Notes: a model not told the origin generated them from the sequence alone. A stretch of DNA of 64,000 nucleotides from an uncultured delta proteobacterium (GCA_963769935.1 CAVYNY010000013.1:480001-544000), one strand, 5' to 3'. Shown: positions 31,608-42,295, counted from the stretch's first letter. Numbers and translations: made by a program.

Positions 31608-32834
31608 ATGGCCATCGATATAGAACGCATCCGCAGCGATATAAAAAACATTAGCGCTTTTAATGCCACGCCCGGCCGCGGAACAACCAGGCTGACGTTT
31701 AGCGCCGAATATCAAAGCGCGCTAAACTATGTACGCGGCCAATTCAATGAACTGGGTGCCGCCGTCTCAATTTGTCCGGGCGGCAATGTCAGGGGCAGGT
31801 TTGCCGGTTCCGACGGAAACGCGCCGGCGGTAATGATGGGCTCTCACCTGGATTCGGTCGTCCATGGCGGTCATTTTGATGGAGTAGTGGGGGTGGTGAC
31901 GGCTCTGGAAGCCGCCCGCAGTATGGTTGAAGACAAAATTGCTCACCGGCTGCCGGTCGACGTCGTAATTTTCCCTGAGGAAGAAGGCTCCCGGTTTGGC
32001 AGGGGCTTGCTGGGCAGTTCGATCTGGACCGGAAGACTGGACGCCGGCCGGTTGAGCGCAATTGCGGATGTGAATGGGGTGGCTTATCCGGAGGCCATGG
32101 CTCAGGCAGGGCTGAAGGTCACCGACAACCGAATACTGAGTCCGCCTGCGCTTGCAGCGATGCTGGAAGTTCACATCGAGCAGGGGGCGGTTCTTGAAAA
32201 ACAGGGTGCCAGGATCGGTCTGGTTGAGGCGATTACCGGCATCCGGCAGCTCGATGTCACCGTTAAAGGCACAGCCGACCATGCCGGCACCACGCCGATG
32301 GAAGAGCGCTCGGATGCGTTGCAGGCTGCCGCCCGGATCATTACGGCGGTGGATGAAATTGCGCGGCACAACGGTTCCAGGACAGTGGCCACAGTCGGCC
32401 GCATAGCATGTGAGCCGGCCCAGGTCAACGTTATTCCGGGTCGGGCCCGGTTCAGCGTTGATGTGCGGGACCCCGACAAGGCGCTGTTGGAGGCAGCCGT
32501 GGCTGCAATAAGCCGAACTGTGGAGCAAATATGCAATGCAAGAAAGCTTGAGTTTGACCTGGTGTGGTTGTCGGAGGCTGAGCCGGTAAACTTGTCCGAC
32601 AGCATCCTCGATTTGCTGGAGAAAAAGGCCCGCGCAAGACGTGTAACGCCCCATAGAATGATCAGCGGCGCGGGACACGACACCGCGCTGATTGCTGCCT
32701 TGACCAAGGCCGGCATGATTTTTGTTCCCAGCCGGGACGGACTCAGCCACTGTCCGCAGGAGTTCACCCGGCTTGAGGATATCGCCCTGGCCTGCGAAAT
32801 TCTAATGGCGGCGGTGGTGGAACTGGCGGCCTGA
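31608..32834 (+). CDS. M20 Zn hydrolase, allantoate amidohydrolase / N-carbamoyl-L-amino acid hydrolase family
   Basis: GSHLDSV, EEGSRF, EVHIEQG, HAGTTPM, SGAGHD, SHCP.E. Confidence 0.92.
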   Translation: MAIDIERIRSDIKNISAFNATPGRGTTRLTFSAEYQSALNYVRGQFNELGAAVSICPGGNVRGRFAGSDGNAPAVMMGSHLDSVVHGGHFDGVVGVVTALEAARSMVEDKIAHRLPVDVVIFPEEEGSRFGRGLLGSSIWTGRLDAGRLSAIADVNGVAYPEAMAQAGLKVTDNRILSPPALAAMLEVHIEQGAVLEKQGARIGLVEAITGIRQLDVTVKGTADHAGTTPMEERSDALQAAARIITAVDEIARHNGSRTVATVGRIACEPAQVNVIPGRARFSVDVRDPDKALLEAAVAAISRTVEQICNARKLEFDLVWLSEAEPVNLSDSILDLLEKKARARRVTPHRMISGAGHDTALIAALTKAGMIFVPSRDGLSHCPQEFTRLEDIALACEILMAAVVELAA

Positions 32835-33100
32835 TTTGACGAATTGATGACGCTTTCTTCGTTTTGAATTTTCGTTATTTGCTATTCGAATTTGTTTCGA
32901 ATTTCGTGCTTCGGCCCGCCCTGGCGCGACTTATTTGGTTCAGATTGCCGGCCTGGGCGCTTGATCGTTATATATCGTAAACAAAAACCTAAGCCCAAAC
33001 GGTCTGGGCCAGGGATTTCGAATTTATAACATAAAGATATGTATTGCCCTATTAACAGACGGGTTCGTAAAAATACTGTTGTTTGATCGTCCATGCCGAC

Positions 33101-34021
33101 ATGTTAAGTTACCTGATAAAACGCTTACTCGCAACCATCCCGGTGCTGATCGGGATATCACTGCTGCTCTTTTTCATGCTGCGGATGCTGCCCGGCGATC
33201 CGGCCCAGGTTCTGGCCGGTCAAATGGCCACGCCGGAAGAAATAGAAAACATCCGCCATCAGCTCGGTCTGGATCGACCCATTTATGAGCAGTATGCAGC
33301 TTATTTGAGCCGGCTGGCGCGGTTCGACCTGGGGCGATCGGCCCGCACCCAAAATCCGGTGACCCAGGAAATCTGGGCCCGTCTGCCGAACACCCTTCTG
33401 CTGGCCGTGGTAGCCATTGCGCTCGCCTGTCTTTTCGGCATACCGGCCGGAATTATTTCGGCGGTCAGGCCCTACAGCTGGATAGACTATCTGGTGACCG
33501 TCTCCGCCCTTTTCGGCATGTCCATGCCGGTATTCTGGCTCGGCCTGATGCTGGTGGTCGTTTTTGCGGTTATCTTAAAGTGGCTGCCGGCCGGCGGTAC
33601 CGGGGGCTGGCAGAATGTTATCTTACCCTCGATTACACTGGCGGCGTTTGTCGTGGCGTTCATCGCCCGGATGACCCGCTCCACCATGATAGAAACCCTT
33701 TCCCAGGATTTTACCACCACCGCCCGCTCCAAGGGACTTCCGGAAAGGGTGGTGGTCATAAAACATGCCCTCAAAAATGCCATGATTCCGATCATCACGG
33801 TGGTCGGCCTCCAGTTCGGCCTGCTGCTGGGCGGGGCGGTGTTAACCGAAACCGTATTTGCCTGGCCGGGTGTGGGCCGTCTCATCGTCGATTCGATTCT
33901 GGCGCGGGATTATCCGGTAATTCAGGGGGCAATTCTCGTATTTGGATTGCTTTATATCATGGTCAATTTGGTGGTGGATCTCATTTACGCGCTGGTGGAC
34001 CCAAGAATTCGCTATGACTGA
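33101..34021 (+). CDS. Peptide ABC permease (DppB/GsiC-like)
   Basis: LPGDPA, ARSKGL, RDYPVIQG. Confidence 0.93.
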   Translation: MLSYLIKRLLATIPVLIGISLLLFFMLRMLPGDPAQVLAGQMATPEEIENIRHQLGLDRPIYEQYAAYLSRLARFDLGRSARTQNPVTQEIWARLPNTLLLAVVAIALACLFGIPAGIISAVRPYSWIDYLVTVSALFGMSMPVFWLGLMLVVVFAVILKWLPAGGTGGWQNVILPSITLAAFVVAFIARMTRSTMIETLSQDFTTTARSKGLPERVVVIKHALKNAMIPIITVVGLQFGLLLGGAVLTETVFAWPGVGRLIVDSILARDYPVIQGAILVFGLLYIMVNLVVDLIYALVDPRIRYD

Positions 34022-34904
34022 TATTGCTGAAAATAACATCGCCGGAGCCGGACGGCTCACAGCCGACAGTCCGCTGCGCCGCAACTGGGCCAAGCTCAAA
34101 CGCAACAAGGCGGCCCTGGTCGGCGGTGCCCTGATTATTATTTATGTGCTGAGTGCAGTGTTCGCCCCGCTTCTGTTCAGCGGCAATCCATCCGCCCCGA
34201 ATCTGATAAATTCTTTGGAACCGCCTTCCATGAAAGACCCCCTGGGCACGGATGAATTGGGCCGCTCGATTCTGGGACGCATCATCTACGGTTCGCGCAT
34301 CTCCCTTGTGATCGCAGTGGGGGTGGTTTTCGTTGGGATGATTTGCGGCATTCCATTGGGGTTGATATCCGGCTACTATGGCGGCAAAATCGATTTTTTA
34401 ATCCAGCGGGCAACCGATGCGATGCTGGCCTTCCCGGGTTTTCTTCTCGCCCTGGCCCTGGTAGCGGTTCTGGGCGTTGGGGTTAAAAATACGGTAATAT
34501 CAATCGGCATCAGCATGATCCCGATGTACATTCGTCTTGTCAGAGGCTGTGTCCTGGCGATAAGGCAAGAAGTTTACGTTGAGGCCGCCCGGGCGGTCGG
34601 CACCCGTGATGCCACAATATTACTGCGGCACATCCTGCCCAACGTCATGGTGCCGATCACCGTCCAGACCAGCCTGAGCATGGGTACCGCAATTCTGTTT
34701 GCGGCCGGTCTGGGTTTTCTCGGCATCGGTGTTCAGCCGCCCACACCGGAATGGGGCACCATGCTGGGCTCGGCCCGATCCTACCTTTTCCACGCACCGC
34801 ATGTGGCGACGTTTCCGGGTATTGCCATCTTTCTGGCCGTGCTCAGCTTCAACCTGCTGGGAGACGGCTTGCGCGATGCCCTGGATCCGAGGTTCAAGCT
34901 ATGA
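34014..34904 (+). CDS. Peptide ABC permease (DppC/GsiD-like)
   Basis: LGTDELGR, EAARAVG, GDGLRDALDP. Confidence 0.93.
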   Translation: MTDIAENNIAGAGRLTADSPLRRNWAKLKRNKAALVGGALIIIYVLSAVFAPLLFSGNPSAPNLINSLEPPSMKDPLGTDELGRSILGRIIYGSRISLVIAVGVVFVGMICGIPLGLISGYYGGKIDFLIQRATDAMLAFPGFLLALALVAVLGVGVKNTVISIGISMIPMYIRLVRGCVLAIRQEVYVEAARAVGTRDATILLRHILPNVMVPITVQTSLSMGTAILFAAGLGFLGIGVQPPTPEWGTMLGSARSYLFHAPHVATFPGIAIFLAVLSFNLLGDGLRDALDPRFKL

Positions 34905-35884
34905 CGGCACAGATAGCCCCCCTGCTCGCCATCGGCAATCTGCACATCCGTTTTCACACGCTGGATGGGATCGTAGAAGCCGTGGCTGGAATCGATTTTG
35001 AAGTCTACCCCGGGGAAACACTGGGGCTGGTCGGTGAAAGCGGCTGCGGCAAGAGCGTCACCGCCCTTTCTATATTGCAGCTTTTACGGTGTCCGCCGGC
35101 TGAGATCCAGGGCCAAATTTTTTTTGAAGGCAAAGATCTGCTCAAATTGGGTCGGGAGGGTATCCGAAAAATCAGGGGCAACGACATCTCGATGATCTTT
35201 CAGGAACCCATGACTTCCCTGAATCCGGTTTTAAAGATCGGGGAGCAGATTGCCGAGGCCGGCCGCCTGCATAAAAACATGAATCGGCACCAGGCCTGGC
35301 GCTGGGCGGTGGAGATGCTGCGCATGGTCCAGATACCGGGACCGGGTTCCCGCAGCCGGCAATACCCCCACAAGTTCTCCGGCGGCATGCGGCAGCGCGC
35401 GATGATCGCCATGGCGCTGTCCTGCAACCCGCGCCTGATACTGGCCGATGAACCGACAACCGCCCTGGATGTCACCATCCAGGCGCAAATCATGAGCCTT
35501 ATGCAGCGGCTCAAAGATGAATTCCGAACGGCAATCGTGCTGATTACGCATGATCTGGGTGTTATTGCCGAAATGGCCAGCCGGGTGGTCGTCATGTATG
35601 CCGGAAAAGTCGTCGAGGAGGCACCGGTTAAAGCGCTTTTTAAAGACCCCCGGCACCCGTATACCGTGGGACTGCTGGGGTCGATTCCGGTCATCGGCCG
35701 CAAAGAGCAAACCGGCCGGCGCCTCCATGAGATTAAAGGGATGGTGCCCAGTCCGTCGAATATGCCCGTGGGCTGCAGGTTTCATCCGCGCTGCGGCCGG
35801 GCAATGGACCGCTGCCGCCGCCAGGAACCGCCGATGATTCAACTGGGAGAGCATCGGAGGGTCAGCTGCTGGTTGGAGGCCTAA
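34901..35884 (+). CDS. Peptide ABC ATP-binding protein (DppD-like)
   Basis: GESGCGKS, SGGMRQR, C-terminal GCRFHPRC. Confidence 0.93.
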   Translation: MTAQIAPLLAIGNLHIRFHTLDGIVEAVAGIDFEVYPGETLGLVGESGCGKSVTALSILQLLRCPPAEIQGQIFFEGKDLLKLGREGIRKIRGNDISMIFQEPMTSLNPVLKIGEQIAEAGRLHKNMNRHQAWRWAVEMLRMVQIPGPGSRSRQYPHKFSGGMRQRAMIAMALSCNPRLILADEPTTALDVTIQAQIMSLMQRLKDEFRTAIVLITHDLGVIAEMASRVVVMYAGKVVEEAPVKALFKDPRHPYTVGLLGSIPVIGRKEQTGRRLHEIKGMVPSPSNMPVGCRFHPRCGRAMDRCRRQEPPMIQLGEHRRVSCWLEA

Positions 35885-36022
35885 TTAGTTGAAGAGTTTA
35901 TTGAGTTTGTTGAGTTTATTGGGCTGATTGAGTTGATCAAGTTGACTGGGGTTGGCCAATCGCAAATTAAAAATGATAGAATACATTCATTCGACATTCG
36001 TCATTAGTCATTCCAATATACT

Positions 36023-36982
36023 ATGGCACTTCTTGAGGTTGAAAATCTAAAAAAATACTTTCCCGTCAAAAAGGGAGTCTTTTCCCGTACGGTCGGACAG
36101 GTGCGGGCGGTGGACGGGGTCAGTTTCACTTTAAACCGGGGGGAAACCCTGGGGCTGGTTGGCGAAAGCGGGTGCGGCAAGACCACTGTCGGACGCTCGA
36201 TTTTACGTCTCATCGAACCCACCGCAGGCCGGGTAACCTTCAACGGAAAAAATCTGCTTGAGTTGGATCGGGAAGATCTCAGGAGCACGCGCGCTTCGCT
36301 TCAGATTATCTTCCAGGACCCCTTCTCTTCGCTCGATCCCCGGATGAGTGTCAGCCAGATTATCGCCGAGCCGATTTGCAACCACCTGCATCTTTCAAGA
36401 CCGGAAATACAGGACCGGGTGGCCTATTTGATGGAACGCGTCGGCCTGCACCCGGAGCAAAGAAACCGTTACCCCCATGAATTTTCCGGTGGACAACGCC
36501 AGCGGATCGGCATTGCCCGGGCGCTGGCATTGAATCCTCTGGTCATCATCTGCGACGAACCGGTGTCGGCCCTGGATGTTTCCATTCAGGCTCAGGTGAT
36601 CAATCTTCTGGCTCAGCTGCAGGAGCAGATGAATCTTTCCTACCTTTTCATCGCCCATGATCTGAGTGTGGTGGAGCACATCAGCAATCGCGTGGCGGTC
36701 ATGTACCTGGGCCGCATTGTCGAACTGACAACCGACAAGGAGCTTTATAAAAATCCTCTGCATCCCTACAGTCAGGCGCTGTTGTCAGCCGTTCCCATTC
36801 CGGACCCGGAATTCCACCAGCAGAAAATTGTCCTGCAGGGGGATGTACCGAGCCCGGCAAACCCGCCGCCGGGATGTACTTTTCACACGAGATGTCCGGA
36901 GCGCGAGGCAATATGCTCACGGGAAATTCCCGTCTTTAAAAATATAGGCCGGGAGCATTGGGTTGCATGCCATCTGCGGTAG
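36023..36982 (+). CDS. Peptide ABC ATP-binding protein (DppF-like)
   Basis: [24 protein letters not shown]. Confidence 0.93.
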   Translation: MALLEVENLKKYFPVKKGVFSRTVGQVRAVDGVSFTLNRGETLGLVGESGCGKTTVGRSILRLIEPTAGRVTFNGKNLLELDREDLRSTRASLQIIFQDPFSSLDPRMSVSQIIAEPICNHLHLSRPEIQDRVAYLMERVGLHPEQRNRYPHEFSGGQRQRIGIARALALNPLVIICDEPVSALDVSIQAQVINLLAQLQEQMNLSYLFIAHDLSVVEHISNRVAVMYLGRIVELTTDKELYKNPLHPYSQALLSAVPIPDPEFHQQKIVLQGDVPSPANPPPGCTFHTRCPEREAICSREIPVFKNIGREHWVACHLR

Positions 36983-37075
36983 GGAAGTGTTACACGCTGG
37001 ACTCCGTCATTTAGTTTCGGTTCCATGAAGAAATAAGGTATTCTTTGTGGGATCATTTCAATTCCGATGAACTTC

Positions 37076-37150
37076 GGAGTGTTGGAGTAATGGAGTAATG
37101 GCGCAAGGCTTGATATCTTCTTTCTCAATACTCCAGCACTCCATCACGCC
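37076..37150. repeat. Inverted arrays of GGAGTAAT-like octamers
   Basis: GGAGTGTT GGAGTAAT GGAGTAAT GG ... AATACTCC AGCACTCC ATCACGCC. Confidence 0.7.
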
Positions 37151-37248
37151 CTTACCCCGTTTGTCAGGGGCACGGAACGAATTGACAATGTGCTGCGAAT
37201 TTCTATAGGATACGACTTGGAGCTCACTCAAACGTAAAGGAACAGATC

Positions 37249-38673
37249 ATGACCACAGCCCGTGATTGGGAAAAACCGATTCGCCGGTTGGAACTTTTGA
37301 TGCGGCTCAAGTCTTTTCCGGTGGCCTTCAAGCTTTTCGAAGACCGGGAGGCTATTGCCGCTATTCCTTTTGTCCGGCGCATGAACCACAAATCCACCCT
37401 CTGCCAGTTGATCAATCTCGTCAGGAACTTTGACTGGACGGTCGGCGCCGAACTCGATGACTTTATGTCGGTGGTCTGTCCTTCCATCATCGGGCTGACC
37501 GATATACCCGCCTACATGAAAGATGGCACGTTTCGCAGCATCGTGTGGACCAAAAGCCGCAGCGACGCCAAAAAGTACGAAAGCGAAATTCCGCGCCTGC
37601 CGGCCGGCAAATACAAGGCGGTGGCAATGGCCCCCCTCGTTTACAATCCGTTCGATCCTGATATTGTTTTAATCTATGCCAATCCGGCCCAGATGATGCT
37701 GCTGATCAATTCCCTGCAGTTTGAAGATTACGAGGTGATGCAGTTTCACTGCGTTGGTGAGAGTTCGTGCAGCGATGCGATCGCCCGATGCTACCTGCAG
37801 GGAAAGCCGGCCCTGAGTATTCCCTGCTACGGCGAACGCCGCTACGGACACGCCCAGGATGATGAACTGGTCATGGCGATTCCGGCCGCAATGATGGATA
37901 AAGCCCTGAACGGCATGGAAGCTCTTTACCGCAGGGGGATACGCTACCCGATCAGCTACGCGGGAGCGGAAACCGATGTGGCCCACGCTTTCCCCGCGGC
38001 CTACGGCGCCGAAGATATGATCAATAAGCTCAGAGGCGACGGCAACCGGTTGCTGCTCGGTGTAACGGGCAGCATTGCCACCGGCAAGTCCACTGTTGCC
38101 GGTATGCTGGAAGAACTGGGCGCACGCACCATCGATTTCGATGTCTTGAGCCGGGTTGTGGTAGCGCCCGACAAACCGGCCTGGCAGGATATTGTCGCTT
38201 ACTTTGGTGAGCAGGTTTTAGCTGAGGACCGCACGCTGGACCGCACCAAACTGCGTGAGATCGTATTTAACGATCTCGAGAAGAAAAAGAAACTCGAAGG
38301 TTTCCAGCATCCCCGCATTTTTGAAGAATTCATCCGACAGGTCGAGCAGTATACCAGTGAAGACGCGAACGCCGTCATCCAGGCCGTGGTGCCGCTTCTG
38401 ATCGAAGTCAACATGCAATCGCTGTTTCACAATATTTTAATGGTCTATGCCACCGAAGAAGAGCAGAAAAAGCGTCTGATGAAACGCGACGGTTCGACGG
38501 AGGAAATGGCTATGACTATGATCAGATCCCAGCTCTCGGCGGATGAAAAGAAGGGATATTGTGATTTGATCATTGATAATTCGGGCCCCCTGGAAGAAAC
38601 CCGCAAACAGGTCGAAAAAATCTGGAAGCAGTTGGAGAAGATTCAGAAGGAGCGCAAGGGAAGTAAAATTTGA
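37249..38673 (+). CDS. coaE: DUF169-like domain fused to dephospho-CoA kinase
   Basis: N-half PVAFK, CQ, PDIV, C.D, PCYGER; C-half GVTGSIATGKS, LDR..L, HP.I, VPLL.E, IDNSG. Confidence 0.8.
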   Translation: MTTARDWEKPIRRLELLMRLKSFPVAFKLFEDREAIAAIPFVRRMNHKSTLCQLINLVRNFDWTVGAELDDFMSVVCPSIIGLTDIPAYMKDGTFRSIVWTKSRSDAKKYESEIPRLPAGKYKAVAMAPLVYNPFDPDIVLIYANPAQMMLLINSLQFEDYEVMQFHCVGESSCSDAIARCYLQGKPALSIPCYGERRYGHAQDDELVMAIPAAMMDKALNGMEALYRRGIRYPISYAGAETDVAHAFPAAYGAEDMINKLRGDGNRLLLGVTGSIATGKSTVAGMLEELGARTIDFDVLSRVVVAPDKPAWQDIVAYFGEQVLAEDRTLDRTKLREIVFNDLEKKKKLEGFQHPRIFEEFIRQVEQYTSEDANAVIQAVVPLLIEVNMQSLFHNILMVYATEEEQKKRLMKRDGSTEEMAMTMIRSQLSADEKKGYCDLIIDNSGPLEETRKQVEKIWKQLEKIQKERKGSKI

Positions 38674-38923
38674 GGCCGGACGATCAGGTTTTCAATATCA
38701 AGTTTTTTTAAATGCCTAAAATGTCTAAAGTGCCTAAAATGCCTAAAATTAATGAATCAGGCCCGTTTTAAATGCGAAGGCCGTAACTTAACCGAGAAGC
38801 ATTCGCGCTTCGCGGCTTTCCAGCTTCCCAGCCTTCAAGCCCGAAGTATAGTTGGCAGGCCGGGGAATTATTTTAAACGCCTAAATAAATTCGCAACATG
38901 ACAACCGCATCGGGAGAACCAGC

Positions 38924-39406
38924 ATGACCATTCGTTTTTTGAGAAACAAAGTCGTCGAAGTGGAAGGGCAGTCCGACGGCAGTCTGGCAGTGTCGTGGCG
39001 GCTGACCGACGATCTTCTAAAGGCCGAAGTTAAAATAACGGTGCAGCCGCCGGATCTTGAAATAACGACCGCCGCAGCCGCCCTGGACCGGCTGGTTCCC
39101 CGGGCCTGGTCGTCGGCCCCTGAATTAATCAAAAAAATAGAAGGTGTCAGAATCGGCTCCGGCCTGCGCAAGATCGTCAAAGGTCTGCTCGACGGCCCGC
39201 AGGGCTGCCCAATACTGGCGCAGGCCGTGCTTGAAAGTGCAAATGCCGTCATCCTGCACTTTACCCGGCCCGGGCTTCAGGCGGGCGAACAGCTTGCCGG
39301 TGAAGAAGAATTGAATTTCTTGAGGGAAATGATCAAGAATAACCCCCGTCTGGTGCGAAGTTGCGTCGCCTTTCAGGACGAAAGTCCTATTATGCAAGGG
39401 CTTTAA
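38924..39406 (+). CDS. DUF2889-like protein 1
   Basis: R.K.VEV, L.D, G.RIGSG, GC..L, SC.AF. Confidence 0.7.
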   Translation: MTIRFLRNKVVEVEGQSDGSLAVSWRLTDDLLKAEVKITVQPPDLEITTAAAALDRLVPRAWSSAPELIKKIEGVRIGSGLRKIVKGLLDGPQGCPILAQAVLESANAVILHFTRPGLQAGEQLAGEEELNFLREMIKNNPRLVRSCVAFQDESPIMQGL

Positions 39407-39409
39407 GTG

Positions 39410-39544
39410 ATTGAATATTGTCGATTGAATAATGAATATTTAAGATTCGCCTCCGGCGGATCAATTTAAAAATCGCGGATAAAATTAATGACGGAGCGAA
39501 GCGACTTCCACAAATATTCAATTTACAATCTTCAATCTTCAATT
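39410..39544. repeat. Palindromic ATTGAA/TTCAAT heptamer element, copy 1
   Basis: Left ATTGAAT arrays, right ATCTTCA arrays, core GACGGAGCGAAGCGACTTCCACAAAT. Confidence 0.75.
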
Positions 39545-39563
39545 ATTAGATAAGGAGATCCTC

Positions 39564-39989
39564 ATGATTACATTCAACCGCAGCCAGGTGATCGGCGCCG
39601 AGTTCCCGAATGAGGAGACGGTGCGGTTTAACGGTACCCAGGTAGACCATATCTACAGCATGGAGATCAATATGGATGTGCGCCTTTCAGACGGCGAGAT
39701 ATTGGCCATCGAGGGGCACATGAAACGCTACACCAATTTTGTGTGTCCGCAGGCCGTACCCGTGCTTCAGAATGCCGTCGGCATGTCCCTGCTTGAAGAA
39801 GACTGGGACCGCCGCATCATGAAAGAAATCGGGCGCAAGGGCTGCGAACATTTCGCCGAGATCATCATCGAGTGCGGCCGCAGCCTCGAGCAGGCCTGCC
39901 TGAGCAAGGCCCTCTGGCAGGCGCTTGAAAAAAGCCCCGAATTAGATCAGTTGGAGTTTATAGAAAAATGGGCAATGGCATCAATGTAA
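39564..39989 (+). CDS. DUF2889-like protein 2
   Basis: F.R, D.IY.M, CPQA, GRKGCEHF; RBS AAGGAG. Confidence 0.7.
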   Translation: MITFNRSQVIGAEFPNEETVRFNGTQVDHIYSMEINMDVRLSDGEILAIEGHMKRYTNFVCPQAVPVLQNAVGMSLLEEDWDRRIMKEIGRKGCEHFAEIIIECGRSLEQACLSKALWQALEKSPELDQLEFIEKWAMASM

Positions 39990-40042
39990 AACGTGGATAT
40001 CGCGCTTTTTCTACTGTCAACTGCCTATGGGAAGATACGAGC

Positions 40043-40072
40043 TTGACATCGGTCTTAATTTAGTACTATAAA
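40043..40072 (+). promoter_or_regulatory. Putative sigma70 promoter of TA operon
   Basis: TTGACA 40043-40048, TATAAA 40067-40072. Confidence 0.5.
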
Positions 40073-40090
40073 AAGGCCGGAGGTGATAAA

Positions 40091-40372
40091 ATGAATATTT
40101 CGCAGGATATAAAACCGGTAACTTATCTTAAATCGAGGGCAGCTGATTTGCTGAAACAAATTAATGAAACCCATCGCCCGGTGATCATTACGCAAAACGG
40201 AGAGCCGAAAGCAATATTACAAGATCCAAAAAGTTATGAAAATATGCGTAATGCAATCGGGCTATTGAAACTGATCTCCCAAGGTGAGGATGAGATAAGG
40301 AGCGGTAATTCGAAGTCTCAGAAAGAAGTCTTCGAGAACATGGAAGATTTTCTGAAAGACAAAATGAAATGA
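40091..40372 (+). CDS. Phd/YefM family antitoxin
   Basis: IKPVTYLK, PVIITQNGE..A. Confidence 0.92.
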   Translation: MNISQDIKPVTYLKSRAADLLKQINETHRPVIITQNGEPKAILQDPKSYENMRNAIGLLKLISQGEDEIRSGNSKSQKEVFENMEDFLKDKMK

Positions 40373-40373
40373 A

Positions 40374-40709
40374 ATGAACCAAAAGTATGACATCATATGG
40401 TCAAATATTGCAGAGAATGATTTAAAATATATCGTTGAATACATTGCCGACGACAGCCCATCGAACGCCTTAACAATATTTAAGCGCATAAAACAAAAAG
40501 CTTCAAGCCTTTACACCTTTCCTGAAAGAGGACGAATCATCCCGGAATTGCGGGATCAAGGCATACTTCAATATCGGGAATTAGTCGTTTCCCCGTGGAG
40601 AATCATATATAGAATTTCAGAAAAGAGTGTCTTCGTATTGTCAGTTTTGGATTCACGCCGAAATATTGAGGATCTTCTATTGAAAAGGCTCACAAATTCA
40701 AAGTTTTAA
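40374..40709 (+). CDS. RelE/ParE family toxin
   Basis: AENDL..I..YIA.D, FPERGR..PE, WRIIYR. Confidence 0.92.
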   Translation: MNQKYDIIWSNIAENDLKYIVEYIADDSPSNALTIFKRIKQKASSLYTFPERGRIIPELRDQGILQYRELVVSPWRIIYRISEKSVFVLSVLDSRRNIEDLLLKRLTNSKF

Positions 40710-40899
40710 ATCTGCTGATAGAGGCATGGAGATGGAGGGGATGTATCCTGCGGTTCAAATGAATGATAATTGGTTCTAACTTTTGCCCCGTCAGATTTTT
40801 CGTGTTTGCACTCGTCCGCAGCTTATGTTTGGCGATGGGCCTACAGAATTTAATCTTGATGCCTGAAACGAGGGCACATGGAACAGAGGAAGGTTAACC

Positions 40900-41568
40900 A
40901 TGCGCATCGATCTTCATATGCACACTTCACCGCTCTCGGCCTGCAGCTACCTCGATCCGCATGAGCTGGTGCAGCAAGCCCGGCGTTTAAAGCTGGATGG
41001 GATCTGTCTTACCGAACATCAGGTCTTGTGGGACCCCCGGGAGATGGACGCCCTGGCCCGCGAAGGGGGCATTAAGATCTTTCGGGGCAACGAGTATACT
41101 ACCAATCAGGGAGACGTCCTGGTTTTCGGCTTCTATGAGGATATCAAGGAACTGCTGTTGATCCAGCAGCTGCGTGACGAAGTAAAAAAGGCCGGCGGCT
41201 ATATGATCGCCGCCCACCCCTTCCGCGGGTTTAAAACTTTCGGCATCGGCCAACTTCAGATGACCGTAGAGCAGGCCTGCAAACGCAAGGTGTTTGAATA
41301 TGTCGATGCCATTGAAGTGCTAAACGGCAAACTGTCGGAAGAGGAAAACGACATGTCCCGCAAGGTTGCTGAAAAACTGGGACTGCCGGGGACCGCCGGC
41401 AGTGATGCCCACCGGGTAGATGAAATTGCGACAGCGGTGACTGTCTTCGAGAACGAAATCCGGGATGAAAAAGAACTGGTGGCGGAGCTCCACGCGGGAA
41501 GGTTCAAGATAGAGGACCCGTCTTCGCTCTTCGAGCTACGCCGTGGCAAGCAGAAGACCAATGACTGA
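40900..41568 (+). CDS. PHP domain protein
   Basis: DLHMHT, TEH, AHPFR, GSDAH. Confidence 0.9.
   Translation: MRIDLHMHTSPLSACSYLDPHELVQQARRLKLDGICLTEHQVLWDPREMDALAREGGIKIFRGNEYTTNQGDVLVFGFYEDIKELLLIQQLRDEVKKAGGYMIAAHPFRGFKTFGIGQLQMTVEQACKRKVFEYVDAIEVLNGKLSEEENDMSRKVAEKLGLPGTAGSDAHRVDEIATAVTVFENEIRDEKELVAELHAGRFKIEDPSSLFELRRGKQKTND
41522..41551 (+). repeat. 30-bp REP-like element; inverted copy at 42854-42883
   Basis: CTTCGCTCTTCGAGCTACGCCGTGGCAAGC versus reverse complement CTTCGCTCTTCGAGCTACGACGGGACAAGC. Confidence 0.75.
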
Positions 41569-41821
41569 GGGCCGAGGATTGATAAAATCGGTGTAAGGTT
41601 CAGGGTATAAGGAGTAGGGGTAAATGATTTCATTCAATTTATCTATAACGTCATGTTGAACGGCACCTCATTCACTTTATCAATATCGATATCTATTAAC
41701 TATTTACCTTAAACCATACACCCTATACCATAGACCTTATATCTGGAATGTCGCGTTAGGGAAATTCAGAATATTTTTACGATTAGGCCCTATATTCGAA
41801 CAATGAAGGGAGCGTTTATTG

Positions 41822-42295
41822 ATGACGGAAAAAGCAGTTCAGGATTACTACCCGGATGATATCGCCGTATGCTACGGATGCGGCAAGTTGAACGAACATG
41901 GACATCAGATTAAAAGCTACTGGGAGGGGCAAGAGACTGTCTGCCGGTTTCAACCCAAACCCTACCACACGGCTTTTCCCGGTTATGTTTACGGCGGTTT
42001 GATCGCTTCCTTAATCGATTGTCACGGCACCGGCACCGCTGCCTCTGCAAAATTTCTCGAACAGGGCAAGCCCCTGGGCAGCGAAACGTTGGAGCGGTTC
42101 GTGACGGTGTCGCTGCACGTCGATTATGTGGCACCGACGCCTATCGATAAAACGCTGGAGCTGCGGGGACGGGTGAAGGAAAGCAAAGGGCGCAAAATGG
42201 TGGTTTCCGTGACGGTGTTTGCCGAGGGTAAAGAAACGGCCCGCGGCGAGGTGGTATCCCTTCAAATGCCGAAAGACTTTCTCCCCAAAAAATAG
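41822..42295 (+). CDS. PaaI family thioesterase (hot-dog fold)
   Basis: CYGCG..N..G, YGG.IASLID, L.VDY..PTP. Confidence 0.88.
   Translation: MTEKAVQDYYPDDIAVCYGCGKLNEHGHQIKSYWEGQETVCRFQPKPYHTAFPGYVYGGLIASLIDCHGTGTAASAKFLEQGKPLGSETLERFVTVSLHVDYVAPTPIDKTLELRGRVKESKGRKMVVSVTVFAEGKETARGEVVSLQMPKDFLPKK

Noticed and set aside
41644..41761. attC site (ATAAC...GTTAGGG)
   Set aside because: Arms do not pair and the region is explained by the overlapping heptamer inverted repeat
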